Of a stretch of DNA of 64,000 nucleotides, positions 40,201 to 52,549 are shown piece after piece; positions within the stretch are counted from its first letter, which is position 1; every line of letters begins with the position of its first letter. The notes beneath the pieces were generated by a model. It was given only the letters and a program-made list of their open reading frames with translations. It was not told where the DNA came from and searched no databases. Source of the stretch: Eledone cirrhosa (Eukaryota); contig OZ024740.1 in NCBI GenBank assembly GCA_964016885.1, forward strand, positions 200,384,001 to 200,448,000. The letters are read 5' to 3'. The position numbers were made by a program, and so were the translations under genes.

Positions 40201-41767
40201 GAAAATTTGATGAAAGCTATTGTTTTGCTCAATATTGATCAACTGGTTGAAGTTCATTTGAAATGTTTAAGAGATTTCAATTTGCCACTTCCTGGTGAAG
40301 AAATGCTGCAACGTGTCTTAGCATTGAACATGAGATTGCAGCTTAGACGGTTGCCACTCGATCGGAGGGAACTATTCCAGTTTGATCCACTGGAACAGCA
40401 ACGTATTGTGGATGAACGTATGCCAATGTTGAGCGAATCTCAGAGAGAATTGGTCGATGGCGTTCTCCACTCGATTTCTACTAATGAGCAACTTTGTGCT
40501 TTCATAGATGCTCCAGGAGGCACCGGAAAGACATTCTGTTTCAACACTATGTTATCGGCAGTCATAGCTCAGTGGAAGATTGCTCTCCCTGTGGCCACCA
40601 GTGGGATCGCTGCCACTTTGCTGAGTGGTGGAAGGACATTCCACTCATGCTTCATTACAGGACAAAGTGAACTCGCGGGCCTTATACGCAATACGTATCT
40701 GATTATTTGGTACGATGCTCCAATGGCACACAGATATTTGCTGGAGGCATTGGACAGAACTTTGAGAGATATCTGCGGTAGTGACCTGCCATTCGGTGGT
40801 AAGACTATCGTTCTTGGTGGCGATTTCAGACAGGTGCTACCAATTGTTAGGAATGCTCAAAGAGCGCAAATTGTCGATACATGTCTGAAAAAGTCCCCGT
40901 TGTGACGCCACTTCAGAGTTTTGCGATTACACGATAATATGCGACTTCGTATGTTCGGGCAAAACTAAGAGGCTGAGACATACAGCCGATGGTTGATGCA
41001 GTTGGGAAACGATGAATTGCCACACGTTGGTGATCATCAGACTGTAAGAATCCCATACCATTTGGCCATGCCACTGGACCGCCAAGCATTGATTGACTGG
41101 GTGTTCCCTAATTTGAATGCATTTTGGCAGAATATCTCCTGGATATCGGAACGCGTTATTCTAATTCATAGGAATGCAACGGTCGATGAAATAAATTCAC
41201 AAGTAGCCGGAATGTTTCCTGGAGAGGAATAGTTGACCGTCAGTGCGGATGCAATGGAGCCTAATCAGCAGAACACTATGGATATTCCGACTGAGTATCT
41301 GAATTCACTTCAAATACCCGGATTTCCCCCCACATATTTTGAGGTTGAAAAAGTGCATGCCGATTATATTGCTTAGAAATATCAATCATAAAATGGGTCT
41401 TTGCAATGGTACCAGATTGATTGTTGAGAGATTGATTAACGGAGGAGTTTTAGAAGCTAAACTCCCAGGCAGAGAGGAATCGGTTCTCATTCCGAGGATC
41501 ATACTGAGACCAAGTGAAGATCTGCTGCCATTCATTTGGCAAAGGAGACAATTTCACGTCAATTTGGCCTTCTCCATGACTGTCAACAAGGCACAGGGAC
41601 AGACTCTCAAGCGAGTCGGTGTCTACTTGAATGATCCAGCATTCAGCCATGGGCAACTGTATGTTGCTGCATCTCGACTGTGCGATCCTGATGGTATAAA
41701 ATTTGCAATTGATACCGCTAACAGAGGAACAACCTTGAATATTGTCTATAATGAAGCTTTGAGCTGA
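37223..41767 (+). mobile_element. Helitron Rep-helicase (HUH Rep plus PIF1-family helicase), disrupted
   Basis: Rep motifs GKPDLF, YVIEFQKRGLPHAY and KYLFKYVYKG; helicase motifs FIDAPGGTGKTF, ATSGIAATLLSGGRTFHS, PFGGKTIVLGGDFRQVLP, RRQF..AFSMTVNKAQGQTL and FSHGQLYVAASR. The ORF is split by many stops and frameshifts. Termini not identified. Confidence 0.95.
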
Positions 41768-42319
41768 TGTATCCATATTTTTAATGCTATCAATAAGCGA
41801 CGTAAATGATTCGGACATTGGTTTCCTTTTATCAGTATTGTGAGCTTTGACAGAGTTATCATTTATGTTTAATGTCATTTATTGTCGATAATGAGCAATA
41901 AAAACCAACAAGTATTGGTAGAAATTGCCTTCAAATGTATCGCTTCTGATTGCAGTGGTAATAAAACCTCATCATATGCTGAGTCTGGCAAAAGGTTTGG
42001 TGCCTATGACCGGCCAGGTCTAGAGTAATATTGAAAAACGATTCTATTTTCGAAGTAGAAGAATCCGCCATTTGGAGTTCAAACCAGGCCACCTCCCCGA
42101 GTTGAACTCTGGGCAATATTGACTGGCTATTACTCAGTGGCTAAGAGCCTGGAAAGTACTGAATAAATATTTGTGTCATATAATGTGTTGTTTTATTATT
42201 ATAGCTGACCACTTATAGATACGCATGTTATCCATAGCCATCTTAATTTGGCATTTGTATAAAACATTTCAAGTAAATAGACACCTTTTTTACATTGACG
42301 AACTTCTTTTATATTAATT

Positions 42320-42470
42320 ATCTATATCTATATCTACATATAATATAAAAGATTGGAACTTCCAGCATCCTTTTGAGAAACGTGGAACAACCACGTCTAT
42401 GCAATGATACACGTTTTACAGCCAGGCAGAAGATGAACCATCTCCTAGAGGTCACTATTCTAGGTGGGAG
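42320..42470 (+). mobile_element. Second Helitron helicase fragment / non-autonomous Helitron 5' end
   Basis: LRNVEQPRLCNDTR..NHLLEVTILGG resembles the PIF1 LLRN..P.LCNGTRL motif. It is preceded by TCTATATCTACATATAATATAAAA, which resembles a Helitron TC 5' terminus. Confidence 0.55.
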
Positions 42471-42897
42471 CACCTACAATTGTTCATATACTATGCACAA
42501 ACGGTGCAACGAAGAATCTGGTATATCTGGAAGATTTTTTTTTACTGTTTCCTGTGTCATACAGACACCACTGATTCGTCTTATACTGTAACCAGACAAA
42601 CATCCAATACAGTCATTTTCTCTATTACCTGTCTTCTCTTATCATCTGCGAAGCTGGATACGCAGGTAATGATAATGATGAATTTAAAATAAAATATAAT
42701 AAGTTAAACCGAACTTACTAATAAATGTTTCTTTCGTGTTCACGAAAAATAGGAAGTGTTAAGTACCAATCCAGTCTACTAAAATATTGTATGCAAAATA
42801 TATCCACTTCCTATTCTCTCTCATCTATGTCACGTAACTCCAAGTCGAGGAAGTCGTAAGGGTGCCGTATTGACATGCGGTCTTTCTGGGGCGTTGT

Positions 42898-43345
42898 AGG
42901 TGAATTGGCAGTATCGGTAGAGGGTCGGACACCATGCTTTCCAGCATAGTTACGTCCCTTTACAGTCTGAGTTCAAATCCCGTGGAGTTTAACTTTACCT
43001 TTCATCCTTACGGCGTCTATAAAATAAAGTACCAGTAATGCACTGGGTAATTGCTGGCCTTGTGCCAAAAGTAGAAACAATTATTTATATCTTGCGGAAC
43101 GCATCTCCTCTACAGATTTGAATACAACAGATTTCTTCTCGGGACGGATAGAAACAGTGAGAGAATGTAAGAGATGAATAAAGGAAGAATCAATCCCAGT
43201 ACTAGACTGGTACTTTTTTTAATCGACCTTGTATGGATGAAAGACAAAGTTGAGCTCGGCGGGATTTGAACTCAGGGAGCAGAGAGCTGAAATAAATTTC
43301 GTAAAGCTTTCTATCCAACGTTCTAGCGAATCTGGCAATTCACCT
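42898..43345. mobile_element. Two SINE copies in opposite orientation (+ 42898-43085, - 43190-43345)
   Basis: TGGCAGTATCGGTAG A box and GAGTTCAAATCC B box; the second copy reads GGGATTTGAACTC on the plus strand. Confidence 0.8.
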
Positions 43346-44754
43346 CGTATTCTCATGTTATTAGCGGCAGACAAATGCCGTATATGTTTACTTGAAGGAG
43401 GGAATAGACAAATATTAACGTTCCCACGCTCCACCATCACCGCAAGTTTCTTGGATCGATAAGAGAAAGAAAATTTGCAGTTTTGATCGTGACGAGATTA
43501 TGTCTTATAGATTTCGCTGTTTCATGAATATTTCACAACGGAGAAAATTCGTTTTGCGGTAACTGTTGTGGCCTGACCCCACGTGCCATTCTAGACGTTT
43601 TAGCTCTCCACAATCACCACTGATTTCTCTCCTCCGTCATACGTTGAAAGGTCGCAAGTGTTGTTACTTGTACATTCCTTACTTGGTATTATCGGGCAAG
43701 AGATTTGTTTTGCGTGACTCCACTTGGCCCACTTCCAGCTCTACACTGAAAAATTTAGCAATAACACCATATATATATATATATATCACTGGTAATCTTT
43801 GCTGTTAAATAATCAGGATCATTGTATAATTTGAACTCAGTAATACATTGCCTACTGTATGTTCTCGCCCCTTTCTGTCTGACCGTGGTGGAAATCATAT
43901 ATTATATGCAACCATCGAGACAATGCAGAGGTTAATCTCCAATATACAATTAACATTATGCAAGCTCGTTGGTTAAACTTGTTTAAACTCTTCTTAAAGT
44001 GTAAATAATATTTCAAACTGCCATTGTGTAATTCTGTTAACTTTACCTAAAACAGAGAATGTTAATTAAAAACGACAACTATATAATGCAAACTAATAAA
44101 TCTCATTCGTTCTCTGTTGCTCTGTCCAAAGAAAGGATGTAACACGACTCTGTGTATAAAAAAGAATGAATTTACTATAGAGTCAAACATACATAATCAA
44201 ACGAGAATTGTCGAAAATGTAAATATGTTTAATGAATGAGATATAATGATACTTCAGTAAAAGTACAGACAAATGGGGAGTGGTTATAGTCCAGATACCC
44301 GGCTAGACAGCTTGTTTTTACTGATGGCAAAAGCGGTTCTTCGGAGGACAACCAACGATATCCGCCAAACCACCGCACATATCACCTACCAAGACATAAT
44401 GCTATATATATGATTTGGTGGAAGAATATTTAATATTCCCAGAAAAAACATTCCTTTTGTTCCTCTTCTACAATCCATTCATATACAAATGACTTGTTAA
44501 GGTGACGTTAAATAATGACTGTCTGAATATTATGTTGTATCTTAGTGTTGTTATTTAAGACTTAAAATGAGTTCCAGTTGTGACCACATTATCTTATTTG
44601 TGAGTCTTCTTTTTTCTGGCTGAAAGGTAAGCCTGGCAGACTGGCATATACATTTAGCCGCTATTTCTAGCAGAATGTGAATCACGCAGGCACCTTTAAT
44701 AGCTCGATTCATGGTATGATTATATCTCTCTATCTCTCTATCTCTCTCTCTCTC

Positions 44755-44788
<34 letters not shown>

Positions 44789-44789
<1 letters not shown>

Positions 44790-46042
44790 CGAAGGAGATG
44801 CGGTAAGGAGACAGGTGGACCATAACGCACCAAAGTACTCAATAATTAGGGTAGTAGAGTGGGTAATAGGAACGAGTAGGACCCGACGGCTGAGCTCAAG
44901 CCGTATCGACGGCTAATTCTGGACTAAATGAACATTTTTATCCCGATATATGAATAGCCGAGCTTCTCAGGGGGTAATTCCATATATGGTAAAAGTGATT
45001 GTCACAAGGATTGGTCAAAAGTTTGTTGTTGAGACACATAATTCTATCATGGCAATTTGTGGAAGGAGGGGGTAGCTGACCCTGCCAGTAGAAGAAAGAG
45101 GGAGAGGGGGTGGAGGAAACCCAGTCGTGCGTTGATAGTGCCAACTACAGCAGGGCAGGAGGTCAAGCAAGTGTACTAGGGAGGGGGAGGCGGAGGAAGT
45201 CGAAACAATAAGTAAAACAATATGGGGTAAATATATAGAAGAATACCGAGAATATTACAAATAAAAAAAAATAAAAATTTAAAAAAATTTCTGGTTAATA
45301 TTCCCTAACGACAGTCATCAAGTCGCACTGGTACTGCTAAATTATAGAAAAGTTTACTAGGTGGGACGGAATTGTAATGAGACCCTTTTAAGAGTTAGTA
45401 GTAATCAACCGAGTATATCTTACGGTGACAGGTCAACAAGTGGAGGGGTGGGCTAAAGAAACTACCACGAAATAATAATTCAGAGTCCCAAGACTAATAC
45501 GAAATAATTGTTTCTACCCCAGGCACAAGGCCAGCAACCACCCAGTGCAAAAAATAAACTAATACGAAATAATAATTCAGAATCCCAAAAATGAATACTA
45601 ATACTATCTCTAAGGGTGCCACTACGATACAAAATTTCTAGTGCAAACTACATAAATGCTCGTACGAAGTATATGAAAAATTAATTCACAATCCCACCCG
45701 ACCCCAACCCCCCAAAAAATAAATACTGATATACGAGAAATTAAAGCAAAGATACCACTAAGAAATGTAGAAAGCACGGAAATGGGGCAGCCATCGGATA
45801 AGAGCAAGTATCCGGGGTCTATCACATCTGCTATAAAAAGCGGAGTTGGCCAATTCTATCACAGAATAGGGGATGCGGGTGTGGGTACTGAGGCTACAAA
45901 GGACCGAGGGGCTGCCTCGGGTGGGCGAGAAAGTGAAAAGGACGACGACAAAGAAGGAGGACTGGGGTGGAAGGACTAGGAAGGGAGGGGGGGGGAGAAG
46001 GAAATATAGAGGAAACGATAAAAAGATATAAAAGAAGATCTT
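44789..46042 (-). mobile_element. Non-coding ~1.25-kb HHR-terminated element, copy 1
   Basis: Colinear with 51161-52270. Minus-strand HHR at 44881-44975 (core CTGAGAA; GAAA mutated to GATA). The 3' end abuts (TA)n. Confidence 0.85.
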
Positions 46043-46457
46043 ACGTCTATCTCTGCCAGCAGGGGTTACCCATTACAAAGTCGGCTCCTTAATTGTAGAG
46101 CTAACTCAGTTGAAAGGACTCGGCTGCTATTTATAGCTCTTCATCGCCCTATTCACGCCACTGGAATGATGCTAGCATGTTGTTAGTAGTTTTAGAATTG
46201 CAAAACGGGCGATGGGTCACTCGCAGATTTGCATTTGATGTGTAAAGACAGATAGTTAAATCTTGCCCCTTGCTCAATATTCGGGGTTTGACTACTGTGA
46301 CTTTACGGATTAAGGGTGAAATATATTTCTTTAATAAATATACAAGGAGGATTACCGGTAATCATTTTTTAAAAGGTAATATTTGAGGCTATAGTTAAAC
46401 TTTAATTAGTTACCTACCTAGCTATGTGTGATTACACACTTTACATGAATTAATAAC

Positions 46458-46513
<56 letters not shown>

Positions 46514-46654
46514 GTTATTAATTCATGTCTTTGATTTCTACTTGGAAGCCCTGGTCGAATACTTCTTGGTTCAGATTTTCTTTGATCAATTTCAAAGAGT
46601 GGAGATTACTACTGTAATGCTGATCTCAAACCAAGACAGTAGGCCGGTGCTAAC

Positions 46655-46727
46655 CTAGTCTGAAGAGGCTAATTTTCCTCACTGGTGAAGCTACTTTTAG
46701 CCGAGTTACCATATGAACTATCACTAG
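46655..46727 (+). ncRNA. Degenerate type I hammerhead ribozyme
   Basis: CTAGT-CTGAAGA-GGCTAA...TTAGCC-GA(core damaged)-GTT..CATATG..AACTA-TC-ACTAG. Stems I and II are perfect but GAAA is incomplete. It lies about 130 bp from a (TA)n-centred palindrome (46443-46528). Confidence 0.6.
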
Positions 46728-47099
46728 CAGATGTAGTTGCGGAAACTAATAAATTAGTCAGGGAAGAGAGAATTTAATTCTCTACCCATTTGAAATCGTT
46801 CTTCTCACTATTTATCGTATTAGTGTGTACTATGCTTTCATTAGTATTGCCATCTTAAGTATTCTAGCTTAATTAAAACATCGAGTGTGCGAGGATGTAG
46901 AATGTCGTAACTAAATACTGCAAAGCTGTTTGTTCGATGCTCTAAAGATACTATCTATACAAAAACCTTATGCTACGCTAATTAAAGTATTTAAACAAGT
47001 CAGAACAAGAAACATTCTTGGATTTTTAAAATGATTGAACAATAGGAGGGAAAACAAAACAAATTAAAATTGGAAGTGGGGAATGTGAGGGGCTGCTCT

Positions 47100-47990
47100 G
47101 TACATAACAACCTTGCATTCGAGCATGATGGCGAATGTATTGCCGCGTAGAACAGACAGTGACACACTCTCCATCGGCCATTCAAGTTCATAGGGATCCT
47201 TCCTCTGGAGTGATGCAGCTTCTCGATTTCGCGTGCCAAAAATATAATTTTGGTATCGGATGTCTCGATGGTAACTAGCACAAACAGGAACTAGTTAAAC
47301 AAAACCAGGTATTGGGTTATCTTCCGATACTCTTCTTTACGGGTAGTTATATTCGTTATTGTGGCCGAGGCACTGAGGCTGTAAAGATGGAACGTAATAT
47401 ATGGCACCCATATTAGGGATGTGCACCCATTTGAAGTCATACCTTCAATGTGGTTGAGGCTGAGAGCTAAGCTAGACAGAATCACGCTTCGTCTGGTGAC
47501 AGCGTTCATTGATCATGGCCCTATTATTGGATTTCTCTGGATAAAATATATGGAGGCCAAGGTGCAGTTTCACACCGACGTGGATGCACTCACCACCAAG
47601 AAAGACACAGGCTGATAAAAGGGCATGGAATTGAGTTACGGGAGTAGGAAATAAGTTGTTGGTTTAAAGAAGATTCGAACTTCATGCATGCTGGAAATGT
47701 ATTTGATGCTGGCTCTTATGTTAATCAGCATACTAGGTGAGAGTGCACCAACGTCAACCTAGATAGTCAAAGCCTACTCAAGTCTCGGTTCACATTAAGT
47801 TCCTATTTTTGCGGAAAACACATCGTTTATAGTGGCATGGATGGAAACGATGGGTAAATCATAGACTGGGTGGGACACTTTGACCATTGTTCACTTCTTT
47901 CATTGAAACTGACATTGCAAGTATGTTGGGTGCAGTGATTGGTGTTGGCGTCACGTTCACTGAGACATTGATCGTAAGAGAGGTATGTTC
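47100..47990 (+). mobile_element. Possible BEL/Pao LTR-retrotransposon pol remnant
   Basis: RK*VVGLKKIRTSCMLEM and AWMETMGKS resemble integrase RxxYWI..C..C and GxWERM motifs. Very decayed. Confidence 0.3.
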
Positions 47991-48754
47991 AAAACTTCTT
48001 TATTCAAATGATATTCCCATTTGAAAGCCTTTTTAGATTATTCAGTGCGTTATTGTCGTTTAATGCTATAAAAGCGTTAATGAGACTGTTCAAGTATTCA
48101 TAAACAGTCTTCGCACATAAAATTAAATCATATGCTCAAATAATTCCGCATGCAAATTCTATACTGTATTGGATAATTTTATTCCATATTTTTGTTTATT
48201 TGACAGTATTAATTTAAGTCAGTGTTATGACAATTTAATGTTTTCTTTTGGTTTCTATTTTACTTAAATTTTAATAATTATTAAACAAAAACAAAATAAC
48301 AACAATACCAACAGCTGCAAGAGTTTTTGCAACAATAACAGGAATAGCAAATAAGAACAGCTGTGTCAGCAACAATAAGAATACGACAATAGCATCAATG
48401 ATAGCAACGATGATAGTAACAATGGTAGCAACAATGATAGGAGCAACGATAGCAACAATGATAGGAGCAATGTAAGCAACAACTATAACAACAACGGTAG
48501 CAACAACTCCAACAGTATCAACAGCACTACCAACAACAACTGTATTCAATGGGCCAAGAACAAAAACAATATCAACAACAATAACAGTAGCAATACGATT
48601 ACTGCCACAAAAATATTACAAAAAGAAAGCCAGAACCAGAGCAGTAATACCAACAACAACAGCAATACCAACAACAAATACAGCAATACAATAGCCAGAG
48701 AAACAGCAACGTTAGCAACAATAATTATAATTTCTACGTTAGGCACATTGTCTA

Positions 48755-49345
48755 TCATTTCTGTGGGAGGGGGAAGTCGATTATATCGAACACAGTACAT
48801 TACTGGTGCTTTATTTTATCGATCCCGTAAGAATGGAAGGCAAAGCTAACCTCGGTGGGATTGCAACAGAGAATGTACAGGTCATAGCTCTTTGATTAAA
48901 AGCATGTTGTTCGATACCCTACTGATATACCAATCCACCAATAATGGTTTCTACTATAGGCACAAGGTCAGACATTTTGGGGGAGGAGAAAGTCGATTAA
49001 ATCGACTCCAGTTCGTTACTTGTACTTTATTGTATCTACCTAGTAAGGATGAAAGGCAAAGCTAACCTAGGCGGGATTTGAAATCACCAATAATATCCAA
49101 AATACCAGATGTATAGCAACAGTTAGAATACCAATATTGGTTTCTGATTTAGGCACAAGGCCAACAATTTGGGGGAACGGGAAGGTCGATCAAATCGACC
49201 ATAGTGCATTACTGGTACTTTGCTTTATCGACCCATAAGGATAACAGGCAAAGCTATCCTGGGCATGATTGAACTCTGAACGTAAAGGGCCGTAACTCTA
49301 TGCTGCTAAACATATTGACTAATGTTCTACCAATTCTGCCAATCT
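48755..49345 (-). mobile_element. Head-to-tail array of three SINE copies
   Basis: GGGGG..GG.AAGTCGAT...ACTGGTACTTTA...AGGCAAAGCTA.CCT.GG repeats at about 48770, 48980 and 49170. Confidence 0.85.
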
Positions 49346-49671
49346 ACCCCCTCCTCAATAATAATACTAATAAAAATAATAATATGAACAGCTGCAACAT
49401 GTGCAACAACAACAGCAACAGCAATACCAACGCCAATATTATTACCAACAATAACCGCAATACTTTCAAAAACAGTAATAGCAACAATAACAACAATAAT
49501 AGCAACACTCTAAATAACTATAATAACAATAACAACAACAACTGTACAATAAATGTCATAACAACTACATTAACAAAATCAGTAAGTGTTGACATACCTA
49601 TATCACAGTCACATTAGAAAGATTTGCAAAGCTAATCTACATCTTAATAGCAATAGGATTTCTTAATAATT

Positions 49672-49673
49672 GC

Positions 49674-49770
<97 letters not shown>

Positions 49771-49773
49771 ATG

Positions 49774-49852
<79 letters not shown>

Positions 49853-49870
49853 AGCAGCAGCAGTAGCAGC

Positions 49871-49932
<62 letters not shown>

Positions 49933-49949
49933 CAGTAGTAGTAGTAGTA

Positions 49950-50021
<72 letters not shown>
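49672..50021. repeat. (TAG)n trinucleotide microsatellite, about 350 bp
   Basis: Direct reading. Source of the poly-L/poly-Y ORF. Confidence 0.97.
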
Positions 50022-50022
<1 letters not shown>

Positions 50023-51160
50023 AGAATATGTTAACAATACTGTTGATAAGCTAGTAAGGATGATGATGATGGTGGTTATGATGATACTGTTAATGATGAT
50101 AATTATGCTGATAATGATGTCGATGATGATGATGTTGGTTACAGTAATAATTATGAAGACGACATGATGATGAACAAGGGCGACGATGATGGTGACGATG
50201 ATATTGTCTGAGTTGGCGGTGATGGCGGTAATGCTGGAGGTGATGTCGGTGGCAATGGCGGTAGTGGTTAGTGAGGGTGGTGATGATGGTGGCAATGTCG
50301 ACGCCATAATGATGTGGTGATTGTAATTATGTTTCACACGATAATTGAGCATGAAGATTCTCAATAATGCAGAGAAGAATGGTAATGATGAATGTAACGC
50401 CCTAATGGCGACGGTGGGAATGATAATGATTTTGCTGGTTAAGAAGTTGATGACGACGAAGAAGGAGGAGGAGAACGAGGAGAACGAGGGGGAGTAAAAG
50501 AACGATAAAGAGAAATACATTAGTGAATATGGTGATGATACATTAACGTAATTAGTTTTCAGTTTTGTTTTTAATTGGGGCAATTAATCGCTAACATCAT
50601 ATTCTAAAGATATCAGTTAACATAACCTAATAAAACATCATTTATAAAGTGATGACAACCAAACGATTTTGTTTTACTTAATTTAATTTATGTATGAAAA
50701 ACAAAATGGAACCACTGAAGTCAATCGGGTTATCTCCTCCTGTCATATTATTTCAAATTCAATATCGACTTCCGTATTTTAGCAACAACCAGAACTGTCC
50801 ACTTCCGCCTTTAAAAGCTATCATTATCGTGTTCCTTTTTCATATTTAACGAGAAAATCATTTTGAAATTTTGGAAAATATTATTTCCATGTTTTTTAAA
50901 TAATTACTCTGGAATATATTATACTTTTTTTTCAAATTTCTTCACACGAATTGTAAATTATTTAAATATCCGCTTACTAAATAAATGCATTAAATTTGAC
51001 GAGATTCCAAACCAAATGTAAAATATGTGTTTAAAAATGGAAAATAAATATTAATTCTCTCTTAAAATGGGAAATGTTTAAATGCTAATGGAAATATGCA
51101 CTGTGTGTACGTGGTAGCATATCGGAGAAATTGTATACATATATATATATATATATATAT

Positions 51161-52499
51161 ATAGGAACGAGTAGGACCCCGACGGCTAATTCTGGACTAA
51201 ATGAGAATTTTTATCCTGGTATATGAATAGCCGAGCTTCTCAGGGGGTAATTCCATATATGGTAAAAGTGATTGTCACAAGGATTGGTCAAAAGTTTGTT
51301 GTTGAGACACATAATTCTATCATGGCAATTTGTGGAAGGAAGGGGTAGCTGAACCTACCAGTAGAAGAAAGAGGGAGAGGGGGTGGAGGAAACCCAGTCG
51401 TGCGTTGATAGTGTCAACTACAGCAGGGCAGGAAGTCAAGGAAGTATACTAGGGAGGGGAGGGGGAGGAAGTCGAAACAATAAGTAAAACAATATGGGGT
51501 AAATATATAGAAAAATACCGAGAATGTTAAAAAAACAATTAAATATAAAAAAAACAATTTCTGGTTACTATTCCCTAAGGACAGCCATCAAGTCTCTCAC
51601 TCGTACTGCTAGACTATAGAAAAGTTTACTAGGTGGGACGGAATTATAATGAGACCCTTTTAAAAGTAGTAGTAATCAACCGAGTATATCTTACGGTGAC
51701 CGGTCAACAAGTGGGCGGCCAAAATTCTATAGAAACTACCACGAAATAATAATTCAGAGTCCCGAGACTAATACGAAATAATAATTCCGAATCCCGAAAA
51801 AGAATACTAATACTATCTCTAAGGGTGCCACTACGATACAAAAATTCTAGTGCAAACTACATAAATACTCGTACGAAGTATATGAAAAATTTGATACGGA
51901 AAATTAATTCAGAATCCCTCACCCCCACCTCCACCCCCCAAAAAAATAAATACTGATATACGAGAAATTAAAGCAAAGATACCACTAAGAAATGTAGAAA
52001 GCACGGAAAAGGGGCAGACATCGGATAAGAAAGCAAGTATCGGGGTCTGTCACATCTGCTATAAAAAGCGGAGTCGGCCAATTCTATCATAGAATAGAGG
52101 AAGGGGGTGGGGGTACTGAGTCTACAAAGGACCGAGGGGCTGCCTCGGGTGGGTGAGAAAGTGAAAAGGACGACGACAAAGAAAGAGGACTGGGGAGGAA
52201 GGACTAGGAAGGATTGGGGTGAAGAAGGAAATATAGAGGAAGCGATAAAAAGATATAAAAGAAGATCTTTTGACCAATCCTTGTGACAATCCCTTTTACC
52301 ATATATGGAATTACCCCCTGAGAAGCTCGGCAATTCATATACCAGGATAAAAATTTTCATTTAGTCCAGAATTAGCCGTCGAAACGGCTTGAGCTCAGCC
52401 GTCGGGGTCCTACTCGTTCCTATTACCCACTCTACTACCCTAAGTATTGAGTACTTTGGTGCGTTATGGTCCACCTGGTTCCTTACCACATTTCTTTCG

Positions 52500-52500
<1 letters not shown>
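51161..52500. mobile_element. Non-coding HHR-terminated element, copy 2, with an inverted copy of its 3' end (52267-52500); (TA)n on both sides
   Basis: 51161-52270 is colinear with copy 1. 52267-52500 is the reverse complement of the element's 3' terminal ~235 bp. Confidence 0.9.
52313..52408 (+). ncRNA. Type I hammerhead-fold RNA with variant core CUGAGAA and extended stem III
   Basis: ACCCC-CTGAGAA-GCTCGGCAATTC...GAATTAGCCGTC-GAAA-CGGCT(TGAGCTC)AGCCG-TC-GGGGT; putative cleavage after C52403. Confidence 0.7.

Positions 52501-52546
<46 letters not shown>

Positions 52547-52549
<3 letters not shown>

Noticed and set aside
42008-42023. GACCGGCCAGGTCTAG as the Helitron 3' terminus
   Set aside because: The hairpin overlaps the CTAG instead of lying about 10 nt upstream, and the next base is A rather than T.
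43872-43935. TCTGT-CTGACCG...CAACCATC-GAGAC as another hammerhead
   Set aside because: Both core segments deviate and the stems are marginal. It may be a very old copy but cannot be supported.
49663-50583. 306-aa ORF, the longest in the track
   Set aside because: It is poly-Leu/poly-Tyr/Ile from (TAG)n and (GAT)n repeats, with no protein-like composition.
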